Assembly (NCBI RefSeq): GCF_006345805.1
Contig: NC_042998.1
Coordinates: 35,278,001-35,342,000 of the forward strand
DNA from: Octopus sinensis
Lineage: Eukaryota
DNA length: 64,000 nt
Direction of reading: 5' to 3'
This document shows positions 52,930 to 64,000 of the stretch, in pieces. Every line of letters starts with the position of its first letter. Position 1 is the stretch's first letter. The notes beneath the pieces are model-generated. The model had not been told where the DNA came from. It saw only the letters and a list, made by a program, of their open reading frames with translations, and made no database searches. The position numbers and the translations under genes are program-made.

Positions 52930-53305
52930 GCGCAGGAGTGGCTGTGTGGTAAGTAGCTTGCTTACCAAGTACATGGTTCCGGGTTCAGTTCCACTGCGTG
53001 GCACATTGTGAAAGTGTCTTCTACTATAACCTCGGGCCTTGGTCGGCCCGAGGTTATAGTTTGCATGTATTTATGTGTGTGTATATATGTTTGTGTGTCT
53101 GTGTTTGTCCCCCTAACATCGCTTAACAACCGATGCTGGTGTGTTTACATCCCCGTAACTTAGCGGTTTGGCAAAAGATACCGATAGAATAAGTACTAGG
53201 CTTACAAAGAATAAGTCCTGGGATCGATTTGCTCGACTAAAGGCGGTGCTCCAGCATGGCCGCAGTCAAATGACTGAAACAAATAAAAGAGTGAAAGAGT
53301 AAAGA
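52930..53305 (+). mobile_element. SINE family B, full length
   Basis: Family match including the 3' stem-loop at 53242-53280. Confidence 0.9.
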
Positions 53306-53339
53306 GAGTCGTCTTCTCCAAGATAACTTATTCTAATTG

Positions 53340-53900
53340 CATGCTTGGTGTGGGCATCCCACTAGTGTGTTCCGAATCATGTGCTTTTATGCCGTTCACA
53401 TCACTGCAGTTCCTTATGTTTGTCTTCCCAGGATAATCTTTTTTCCCAAATTTTATTAATATTCTAGCCACATCATGTCTCACAAGTAGATAATTTCGTG
53501 AACACATTTTTGGGAAGCTACCTATAATGTGAATGATATCCTCAACATTAGGCTTCTATCTGTTGCTGTATCTAGGTGGCTTATCAGCATATCTATCTCT
53601 TTTGTGCATCCGATATTTTTTGCCTATTTCCAGCTCCTACATTGCAAATGCATATCCTTCATCGTAAGAGCGAATATCCCAGTAGTCAGTCCACTGTGGT
53701 TCTCCCTTTGAAGCCTTCTGAGAATATAGACATGCCTTTTGCCGGTACGTATGGAGCTCTTCTCTTCTGGTGACCTGTGATAGAGGTTGTGCAACACGCC
53801 TGAGTATATGTCCCAGTTTATCAGTCAGAGGATACTTTCTAAGAAGCTCCTTTCCAAATATCGTGTTTTTTATAGGTCTCACGTATGCAGACACGATTTT
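53340..53900 (-). pseudogene. RLE-type (R4/Dong-like) non-LTR retrotransposon C-terminal remnant
   Basis: EGYAFAM*ELEIGKKY...NVEDIIHIIGSFPKMCSRNYLLVRHDVARIL matches the decayed zinc knuckle plus RHD motif upstream of the RLE endonuclease. Confidence 0.65.
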
Positions 53901-54619
53901 GATATTTAATGGTTAATGTATGTTATCGAAGCGATGTCATGCAGCATTCAGCAGCTGTTTAGATCGATGTTATCATTTTAAATAACGGTCACCTACATCA
54001 CTGTTGACGATAAAATTCCTGGTACGGAAAACCCAAATGTTGTTATGAGCACAGGTACGAGAAATATATTCAAAGTTATCGATTTATTGCACGCAAAAAA
54101 GCCTGGGGGAAATATTTCTTTATTCTGGTGTTATATTTCTTGGTTACACACTCATTGTTACAGTGTTCGGGAATACTTTCCTATTTCATATCAAGATGCT
54201 TTATAGAAATATTAAATCTAGTCCACTACTAGCCTGCTCCTCTATTTATCGGCCCGGAAAGATGAAATAGAAATCTGTCTCAGACAGTATTGAAATGAAA
54301 ACGTAAATGGCTGTAAACTAAATACGCAGTCATTTATTTAATTCCCTTGGTTATTCTTTCGTCTTTTTTTTCCGATCAGGAACTGCTGCTTACAGAGATA
54401 TGCGTCCATTAAAGCATGAATTTTGTTCTTCATTTCTTAACTCAACTTGTTAACGAAGCAATATTACATAGAAAATTCCCTCCGTGAATATATTAAATAT
54501 ATCAAAATCGAAACCAGTCATGCTTCGAATTACTCCAGTAAGAAGATACCAGCGCTAAAGAGCGAAATATGAAGAGAGAATTTAAGGCATATACATATTG
54601 ATGCAAATATATAGGCAAC

Positions 54620-54922
54620 TGTGGAGGCGCAATGGCCCAGTGGTTAGGGCAGCGGACTCGTGGTTGTAGGATCGCGGTTTCGATTCCCAGACCGGTCGTT
54701 GTGAGTGTTTATGGAGCGAAAACACCTAAGGCTCCACGAGGCTCCGGCAGGTGGTGGTGGTGATCCCTGCTGTACTCTTTCGCCACAAGTTTCTCTCACT
54801 CTTTCTTCTGTTGGCCTACTCGCTTAGCCAGCGGGGTGGCGTCATTTGAAGGCTAAAACAATGCGAAGCGCATTGTGACCAGCGGTGTGTAGCAACATCT
54901 GATAGTCTGGTCGGTCACGGTG
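54620..54922 (+). mobile_element. SINE family C, full length
   Basis: tRNA-like head; 11-bp TSD ATATAGGCAAC at 54609-54619 and 54923-54933. Confidence 0.92.
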
Positions 54923-56329
54923 ATATAGGCAACATCCAGTCACAAATAGAGTATGTGCTTGGATGAATCTCTTTTTCTTGTCGAAACCTTCGCTTGAATT
55001 GCATCCATCTGAAGAATGCACAATTTAGCATGAAACTTAGAATCAAGAAAATAAGTATAATTTTGTGTGTGTATGTGTGAGCATTCGTATGTATGTGATT
55101 GTTCGAGTGCCTCAGTATGAATCAGTGTGTATGTCTACGAACCAATGCGAGACTGTTTTAATGCATATCCGTTGTTTCCTGGTTTTGCTTCCGTACGTAT
55201 TTCCACTTTACATGTGCTTGAAGTGTATGTATTGTGCGTGGGTGTAAGTATATGAACGTGTGTGTATGTTTTCGTTAGTTTCTTCGCTTCGCTATATCTC
55301 GAAATACCTCGATTTTAATTTTCCGGTTATGATCTTATCGCCTCTAGTAACATCTATCTATGAAATTATATATGTATGTGATTGTGTTGACAGACCTATA
55401 TATATTCACATGCACACACAGGCATATACATAAGTACATACATTTATACATACAGTCGTACATAGGGAATCTGCGTGTGTGTGAGAGAGAGAGAGAGAGA
55501 GAGGAAGAGAGGGTGTAAAAGGAAAGAGACAGGATGAGTGGAGATGTATTCTTATTAGCTATGTGCATCTTTTAGATGAAATCCACTGAGACGCGATCGC
55601 CAAAATTAAATTATCTTCTGTATTTGCATCGTGTCCTGATACGCACCCGCTGGGCTTAATGGCCATCATTGCTATACAAATTCTTTTTCAAGAGTGATTC
55701 CGTATTGAAAATAAGCTTAATATAACAGAGGAAAGGCGAATTTCACATCTACCTCACGCTCATATACATATCTATAGCCATAGAATGTTCCTGTCGAATG
55801 AAGTCGCGATGAGCGGTCTGTATAGAGGGATTTATTCAAAACCTAATGGTACAGCTCAACTTCCGGTTTCAGTAAGGGGAAGAACTCACTTGCTAAATGA
55901 TATATCGATTGTTAAGAAACGCGAAATCACAATATTCACCCTTCTTTGACAAAAATATAAATTATGAGATTGTGAAATAATAAATCATAGATTAGGTATC
56001 TCTGATGGTTTGATTAATAGTTTCTATCGAACAGTGGAATTCGTTAAAATGATAGGTATGAAATTCTTTCATTGATGAAAAAATTTGTATTTTTTTGGAG
56101 AAATAGTATTATCGCGGAACGAAGAATGGAGATAGTGATATGGATCTGATAAGTTCGATTCCAGCAGCTTAATGCTTCTCTTGGAGATGAAAGGTACCAT
56201 GATACATCACGAAAATTAACAGTCCGCTACTTTATTGCGTCTCCAAACAAAAGCAAAATTCTTACGACAACGAATATCTCAGCGATTCCTCGACATTAAT
56301 ATCCTATCTTTTGTACGAGCAAATATGTG

Positions 56330-56416
<87 letters not shown>

Positions 56417-56419
<3 letters not shown>

Positions 56420-56590
56420 AGAGTTTACGATAAAAACAAAAGACGAGGACAGGTGGTGTACAAAACAAACAGATGTATTAGTATAACGCTCAGGAATAGA
56501 AAACAGTTTTTTTACGTTTCGAGCCTACGCTCTTCAGCAGAAAGGGACACAGGAAAAACAAGGAGAGAAAAAAGGAGAATCAAATGAATA
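56417..56590 (-). mobile_element. Short PLE-type repeat with an HHR-like motif (56511-56543)
   Basis: TTT-CTGCTGA-A-GAGC(GTAG)GCTC-GAAAC-GT-A-AAA; abuts (TA)n. Confidence 0.65.
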
Positions 56591-56952
56591 ATAACAAACG
56601 TGGATAATTGTTGCTCATTACACCTGTTTCTTACGCATCTTTTTAATAGAAGAATGGGAACATTACTCCATTACAAAAATCCGAAATCATCAGATGGGAA
56701 GTAATTTTCCAAACAAAAGAATATCCCAAGAATACACCAAAGATGTGGCTGAAGTCTGTCGAGGTCACGGATGCTTTGGACCAGACTAGGGGTTAAATAC
56801 TCAAATACTCACATGGTTGGTTTTCTCTGAGTGCACAACCAGAATATCCTATTTGTTACTCACCAACCACAGGCTGGAACCACAGGTTTATCCAACCCTA
56901 CCTGGTGCATATCTTTTCAAGTACCTGACTCTATCTGAATCCTTATTTTACT

Positions 56953-57010
<58 letters not shown>

Positions 57011-58476
57011 GCTGAACTAACAAGTGTGTTAACGTGTCTCTCCTAAATATTAAAGAAGTCCTTCCAGAGATCGATGTTATCAGAAGCGAAATTGTCTGCA
57101 AAGCGAATATAAGTGAGAGTACAACAAGTCACTGTATTTGAGAAGAATATTTTCGCTTTTGATATAGTATTTTGCAACTAGAACATACTCGCGAATACAC
57201 GTGTTAAAACGCACGTGTGTTACTTCCTGAAATCGAAGTGAATTTTATTCTTCGTCTGTGAATCAACAAGACACAAGATATTTTCGTTTTTGATGTATAT
57301 CTGCGTGTTCTGAAAAAAGCCTCTGAAAAATTTGCTGCTTAATACCAAATCGCTTAGGAAAATACAGAAAATATCGTCAAACTGTTGCATGTGCTAAATC
57401 GAAACTCAAATCCCTTTTGTTTACAAAATACGCTTAAGGAATATAAAAGGTCTGTCTTGTCTATCTATCTTCCTTTCTCATAAAAAGGAATCACGTAAGT
57501 ATTCTCTCAGCCGGTAAGGTAAGGAAGATATTATTTATTTTGTTATCATTAGTGTTCTTTCAAACAGAAAATAATAATATATCTATGTGTATGTATATGT
57601 GTGTGTTAGAAATATTATTTGTCACATGCGTGTATATATCTGTATGTATATGTATATGTGTATCGAATTATTGTTTTATATCTCCGTAATTTCTTGTTTT
57701 ACCGTAAATTCCCGTATATCTATGTGTATGTATATGTGTGTGTTAGAAGTATAGTCGCAATTAGTTTTTATTTTAGAAGACATTGTCTGTAGCGACGGAC
57801 AAATATATATTTTCTTTTCTCTTTTTCTCTGCTTAAATTCTGTAAAATCTCTTGGATTGTTTTCTTTCAGCTATTTCATTATTATTATTATTGTTTCTTT
57901 ATATACTCACTTGGTACTACTGTTTATATATGTGCATGTGCACACATGTGTATATGTGTGTATATATGTATGTATACGCGTGTATGTGTGTGTACAAATA
58001 GCTTCGTTTAGAATTCTCCCCTCTCTGTCTGTCTCTTCAGTTCTCTCCCTCACGCTTCTCCTTGTCTCTTCATAACTCTCATTCTATCTTACTCCCCTCT
58101 TTCAAATATATAAATTCTCTCTATATTTCTTCCTTCTCTCCCTATCTCTTCAGTTTCTCTCCCGCTTCTCCTTGTCTCTCCATTAGTCTCTTCTATCTCT
58201 TCAGTTTCTCTCCCGCTTCTCCTTGTCTCTCCAGTACTCTCTTCTATCTTACTCTCCTCTCTCGGATACATATAAGGACATAGACGCTTTCTCTCTCTTC
58301 CTTCAGCTCTCAGTCTCTCCTCTTCCTCTTCTCTCTTACTCTCGGCTCCCAATTTCTCCTTAAGTACATAGACGCTCTCTTTCTCTACTTCCTCCCTACC
58401 CCCTATTGCACTATTAGATTAATATAAATTAATATAATATAATTAGATAGATAGAAGGATAGATAAAAAATCAAGA

Positions 58477-59367
58477 ATGTCCAGAACCTGGAAACGTGAC
58501 GAACTGGCGTGGTTCCTGCGAGGATGGCAATGCGCTGACGGAGAAAATCCAAATAATATAATTACGGCTGCGCTGAAGAACAACGGATACAAAAGGACGT
58601 CAGCTCAAATAGAGCGGAAAAAGCAAGAATTTATACGCTCCTACGCACTTGTCAGATCGCACATTAACACGCTGGATGCCATTTTTGACAGCGAAAAACG
58701 CGAACAAAGTAAAGATGGCAAGGATAGAGACGCGGGCGCTGATGAGGAGGGTCACCCCCACCTGGTAGACGCCCAGGAAGAAAACTCCAGTGAGAGGCCT
58801 GCCCGGGAGATGAACCCAGGTGCGGATGCTCCTACCAGCACCAAAAGCCATGGACATGGAGATGAAAAAAACCAAAAAAGGAAGAAAAACTGAAGCTAAA
58901 ACACAGACAAAGCCAAGGGGCAAGGCAGCCAGGGATAGAGGCAACCTAACTATCCATATGCCAAAAAGGATGGAAACAAGCAGCGCACACGGGTATGTAG
59001 GTTCTACCTGAAAGGTGCCTGCCGGCATGGAGAGGAAGGTGCAGGCTGCCGCTTTGCACATCCGGGACCCTGCCACAGAAACCAACCACCGAAAGGAAAT
59101 GGGATGGACCACGCATCACCTGCCCCAAAACGGAGGTACGCAGATGTGGTGCGTACCACAAACCACCAACGTGTTGTTGAAAGGGCAGCTGCTGAGCAGG
59201 AATCTTTTTTGTGCATGGCACAAAAGATTGTACAGCAGCTAACCTGGCTCCATCAGGCTCAGGCTCGCAGATGGAACTGCCCACAGTTCACAAGACCGCC
59301 ACAGCAGATGGACCCAGGGTGGACACCGCCGGCAACAGCATACACCTCACCTCGATGCTCCTACTGA
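58477..59367 (+). pseudogene. LINE ORF1: Myb/SANT-like trihelix domain + CCCH zinc finger, disrupted at 58870-58950
   Basis: WKRDELAWFLRGW..IITAALKNNGYKRTSAQIERKKQEFIRSY; RVCRFYLKGACRHGEEGAGCRFAHP in the same frame at ~58990-59065; stops intervene. Confidence 0.7.
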
Positions 59368-62314
59368 ACATCAGAGGACTACTAACACACAGTAACAGGA
59401 CAAAAGTCCCGTTCCTGAGAGACTTTGTCGCATGCAATCAAGCCTTATGCATAGCACTCACAGAAACGCATCTGAAACCGGACATAGCAGATGCGGAATT
59501 ACACATACCACAGTATGTTGTACTACGGACCGACAGGAAAGAAAGGAGTCATGGAGGAGTTGCTATGTACATCCGTGGGGACCTCACACCCCAGGTCCTT
59601 TTGTCATACTCAAACTCGGTGTGTGACACACTAATTGTACACATAAGGCAACTTGATGTAGTTGTGTGTGCTACATATCGCCCTCCAGATGCCCCAAGTC
59701 ATATGGGCAAGTTTGAGGACTGCCTTTTAAAAATAGAAGAAGTTCTAACCACATTAGAACAACACATAAGTGTACTTCTCATGGGAGACTTCAATCTACC
59801 CAATGTCAGATGGCCCGAGGGCCTTTCTCTCCCAGGAATGACAAGATGTGAACGAGGACAGGCGAGGTCCCTCCTGAACATCATCAACACCCTGTACATG
59901 GAGCAAGTAATACTCCAACCAACCAGAGCAGGTAACACACTGGATCTCTGCTTCACAAATAATATGGATCTCATCCATAATGTGAAAGTGACACCGACAC
60001 TACTCTCGGATCACAACATGGTAGAGCTGACCATGTACGGGCCAAAAGAGAGCACGGACATGCAGCCTACAAGAAACCCTCAGAATCTTTCCAGCTTGAA
60101 CTTCAATAAGGCAAACTGGAAACAAATGAGAAAGAGATCCTCAAACAAAACTGGCCTGAATGTCTCTCCTCGCCGGACATCGACATGATACTTCAACAAT
60201 TCATGTCTGTAATGCAAGCCATATGCTACAAATGTGTCCCAGAGAGAAAGGCCACTGTACACAAGAACAAAATCCCCAGAGAGAGGAAAATTTTAATGAG
60301 ACGGCGTACAAAAATTTCAAATCGCCTAAACAAACAAATTGAAAGCAGTGAAAAGTCCCGCCTGAAAATAAAACTGTTGGAAATTGAAAATTGTCTGCAA
60401 CTCTCCCATGAGAAGGAAAGAGCAGACAAAGAAGCCTGGGCTATAGACAACATAAAAACTAACCCCAGAGCTTTCTACAGGTATGCCAAAGAAACAGCTA
60501 CGGTGCACTGTAGGATAGGGCCACTCCTTGAAAAGGATGGCACACTCACAGGAAAACCAATGAGGGTAAGTGAAATACTGAATGAACAATTCAAGAGTGT
60601 TTTCACTCCACCCCTTGGGCATTTCCAAATCAGCAATCCAACTGACTTCTTTACCACTGCAGATATAGAATCAGAGGCGGCGACGATAAATTACATCGAT
60701 ATAAAGGAAGACGATGTAATAAAGGCTATAGATGAAATGAAAATAGACTCAGCTATTGGCCCCGATGGATTCCCGGCAATCCTTCTAAAAGTATGTAAGA
60801 GAGTCCTAGCAAGACCACTGCAGTTCCTCTTTCAGAGCTTCCTTGCAGCTGGCAAACTTCCAAGAAAACTGAAGGAAGGTAAAATATGCCCTATTCATAA
60901 AGGAGGTAGCAGAGCGGAGGCCAAGAACTAGAGACCTATCTCTCTGACCTCACACATCAGCAAGGTCATGGAACGAATAGTCAGAAGGAAACTAATCACC
61001 TTCCTTGAAGAAAATGACTTGCTGCCTGACACCCAACATGGTTTCCGACCAGGAAGAAGCTGCTTAACTCAGCTCCTGCAGCACTATGACTGGGTGCTGA
61101 AACAACTGCTCAATCACTCAAATGTGGAAGTCATATATCTCGACTTCGCAAAGGCCTTCGATAAAGTCGATCATGGAATGATATGTCACAAACTGCGTGA
61201 TCTTGGCATAGTTGGAAAACTAGGAGAATGGCTTCACGACTTTCTGAAGAATAGAAGTCAGGTGGTAGCAGCCAATGGGGCCACTTCCATTAGCACGCAA
61301 ATAGTGAGCGGTGTTCCACAGGGCACTGTTTTGGGACCACTACTGTTCATAATGGCCCTCTCAGACATGCCCTCAGCCACGCGGAGAGCCACGATCACAA
61401 GTTATGCAGATGATACAAAAGTTTCACAGGCAATACAGAACCCTGAAGACACTAAGCACCTGCAATATGAGCTGGACGAAATATACAAGTGGGCTGAAAA
61501 GAATAGCATGCAGTTCAATGCTGAAAAGTTTCAAGCTTTATACTATCAGCATGCAAAACTGAATGCAATACCCAATGAATACACTGGACCCGGAGGGATT
61601 GCAATCCCAGAGGCACAATCAGTGCGTGACCTGGGTATTCACATGAGTGATGACGCGACCTTTCATGTACGTGTTGCTAAACTGACAATGAAATGCAGAC
61701 GGCTGGCTGGATGGATTCTTAGAACCTTTAGAACAAGAGAACAAGAAACCATGATGGTCCTCTGGAAGACACTTGTCCTAAGCCACTTTGACTATTGCTC
61801 TCAGCTATGGTCACCATCCAGTGTCAAGTTGATCACAGAACTTGAGGCGATCCAACGAAGCTACACGAAGAAGATAGCCTCTATGCAGAATGTAAGCTAC
61901 TGGGAAAGGCTCAAGAGATTAAAATTATATTCCCTGGAGCGTAGGCGGGAAAGATATGCCATAATATACACCTGGAAGATCCTGAAGGGAAGTGTCCTGA
62001 ACTTTGGCATCGAGAGTTACGCAAATGCTAGAACTGGGCGCCACTGCGTGGTGCCTAGGACTCCAAACTTGCCATCAAGATGTAGGACAAGATTCTGTGA
62101 TAGCCTGGGCTTCCGAGGCCCACAGCTCTTCAATATCCTCCCGAAGAACCTGAGAGACCTGCATGGGGTGGATACAGATGTCTTTAAAATGAAACTGGAT
62201 CTCTTCCTGTCAGGTGTCCCAGATGAACCAACTTCACGGCAGGAGGGGCAGATGAGGGCAGCTGCATCGAACTCTCTCATGCACCAAATAGCAGTTGCTA
62301 GAAAGCCTCCATGA
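59355..62314 (+). pseudogene. LINE ORF2: apurinic-like endonuclease + reverse transcriptase; -1 frameshift near 60130, TAG at 60929-60931
   Basis: LLNIRGL, IALTETHL, HGGVAMYI, TYRPPD, MGDFN, LDLCFTN, SDHNMV (APE); N*RPISLTSHISKVME, QHGFRPGRSC, YLDFAKAFDKVDH, SGVPQGTVLGP, YADDTK (RT). Confidence 0.95.
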
Positions 62315-62471
62315 AGTGAAACCAAGTAGCAACACCAAATGGCGGTGCCCCAGCATGGCCACAGCTCATAAGCTGAAACTAGAATCAATCAATCAATCAA
62401 TCAATCAATATATGTGTGCGTGTGTAGATATATATATGTGTGTGTGCGTGTGTGTGTGTGTGTATGTATAT

Positions 62472-62518
<47 letters not shown>

Positions 62519-62557
62519 TATATATATATATAATATATATATATGTATATATGTATA

Positions 62558-62616
<59 letters not shown>

Positions 62617-62619
62617 AAT

Positions 62620-62800
62620 GTGACCGCATGTGTACCGTCGGCGATTTTTTTCCTCCGTCTTCCCTTCCTTGGATGTTTCCTTTTCCTATATTTCTGACGA
62701 AGAGCTCCGCTTGAAACGTTAAATCCTCCTTATTTCTTTCCTCTCCTGAGCGTCCAATAACACTTGTTCCACGTCCTCGCGTTGTTGTGTTTTCATGTTT
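62620..62800 (+). mobile_element. Short PLE-type repeat with an HHR motif (62690-62724)
   Basis: ATTT-CTGACGA-A-GAGC(TCC)GCTT-GAAAC-GT-T-AAAT; between (TA)n tracts. Confidence 0.7.
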
Positions 62801-62820
62801 GGATTAACTATATATGTATG

Positions 62821-62939
<119 letters not shown>

Positions 62940-62963
62940 ATATATATATATATATATTATATA

Positions 62964-63018
<55 letters not shown>

Positions 63019-63272
63019 GTGGGGGCGCAATGGCCAAGTGGTTAGGGCAGCTTATTGAGCGAAAACACCTAAAGCTCCACGAGGCTCCGGCAGGGGGTGG
63101 TGGCGGTCCCTGCTGTACTCTTTCGCCACAACTTTATCTCACTCTTTCTTCTGTTGGCCTGCTCGCTTAGCCAGCGGGGTGGCGTCATTTGAAGGCTAAA
63201 ACAATGCGAAACGCATTGTGACCAGCGATGTGTAGCAACATCTGATAGTCTGGTCGGTCACGGTGATCGCGG
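63019..63272 (+). mobile_element. SINE family C with an internal deletion of the B-box region
   Basis: Matches 54620-54922 except the head jumps from GGGCAGC to TTATTGAGCG. Confidence 0.88.
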
Positions 63273-63274
63273 TG

Positions 63275-63362
<88 letters not shown>

Positions 63363-64000
63363 ATATATCTTTGCAAGTCGCAGTAAAGTCCTTTCGAACG
63401 GAACAGCCATGTTGAAGTGGCTACGTATATTACTTGTGAGTTCAACAACTGCGGTCATGTCTTGGAAGTAACTTTTTGCTTGTTGCAAAATCAGTGACTG
63501 TGTGTTCACTTGAATTTATATATATTGCAAGCTACTGCCATCTCTAGCAGACGTGGTGTCCAGTACTGAAGAGAGGCAGAAGTAGCTCGAAACCAGGCTG
63601 GTATGCTGGTTCCGTCGCTAGATGGCAGGGGTTCGTTCCCCTGACTCGTAATATATCGGATGCACGTATGCATCGTTAACCAACTAGAGGAGATGTCTTC
63701 TTAGGGATAAAAAATCGCAGTAAAGTCCGTTCGGTGGAACAGCCATGTTGAAGTGTCTATGAACATGACTTGTTAGTACAACAACTGCGTTGATCTCTTA
63801 GGGAGATTTTAGAACAGGCCTTTTTGCTTATAATTTAGTACTTATTTCTTTATTCAATAAATGAAGAATTATTATTAAAAACGCATAAATCCGAAGCTTT
63901 TTGGCAATATTTTTTTTTTAATATTTGGACGTTTCCAATATCAAAATACCCATTTTTCATCTTCAGTGAAACGACGCCGCTCTCTCCGTGCTTTTTTTTT

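Larger units (their letters stand above)
58010..62409 (+). mobile_element. Near-full-length CR1/L2-group LINE (pyrimidine-rich repetitive 5' region, ORF1, APE-RT ORF2, (ATCA)n tail)
   Basis: See ORF1 and ORF2 entries; tail AATCAATCAATC at ~62383-62409; 5' boundary approximate. Confidence 0.92.

Noticed and set aside
55900-56250. Possible Tc1-like first-aspartate motif (FIDEKICIF)
   Set aside because: Too degenerate, with no TIR or second motif found
58600-62388. Antisense ORFs over the LINE (58600-59112, 59699-59974, 60326-60628, 62017-62388)
   Set aside because: Shadow frames of the sense LINE ORFs with no independent motifs

Overview
AT-rich, microsatellite-saturated animal DNA, most likely Octopus intergenic or intronic sequence. 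That assignment is inferred from the tRNA-derived SINE families and the very long (TA)n, (TG)n, (CT)n and (ATT)n tracts. No host protein-coding gene, rRNA, true tRNA or CRISPR array is supported, and most short ORFs are microsatellite translations. The window is a stack of mobile elements: a near-full-length CR1/L2-group LINE (58.0-62.4 kb; trihelix + CCCH ORF1, APE-RT ORF2 with one frameshift and one stop), Tx1/L1 fragments (1-4.3 kb), four Penelope-like element (PLE) coding remnants, Tc1/mariner remnants, Merlin-like and MULE-like MITEs, a Helentron-like element, an RLE-type LINE remnant and about 17 SINE copies or fragments. The most striking pattern is a PLE-linked set of small type I hammerhead ribozyme (HHR) motifs, about 14 complete or partial copies. 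Many sit in head-to-head fold-back insertions embedded in (TA)n, ranging from 0.1 kb to one 6.7 kb inverted structure. Cores include canonical CUGANGA, compensatory U3-A8 variants and A6 variants. All calls were made by eye, with no alignments, folding or database searches.
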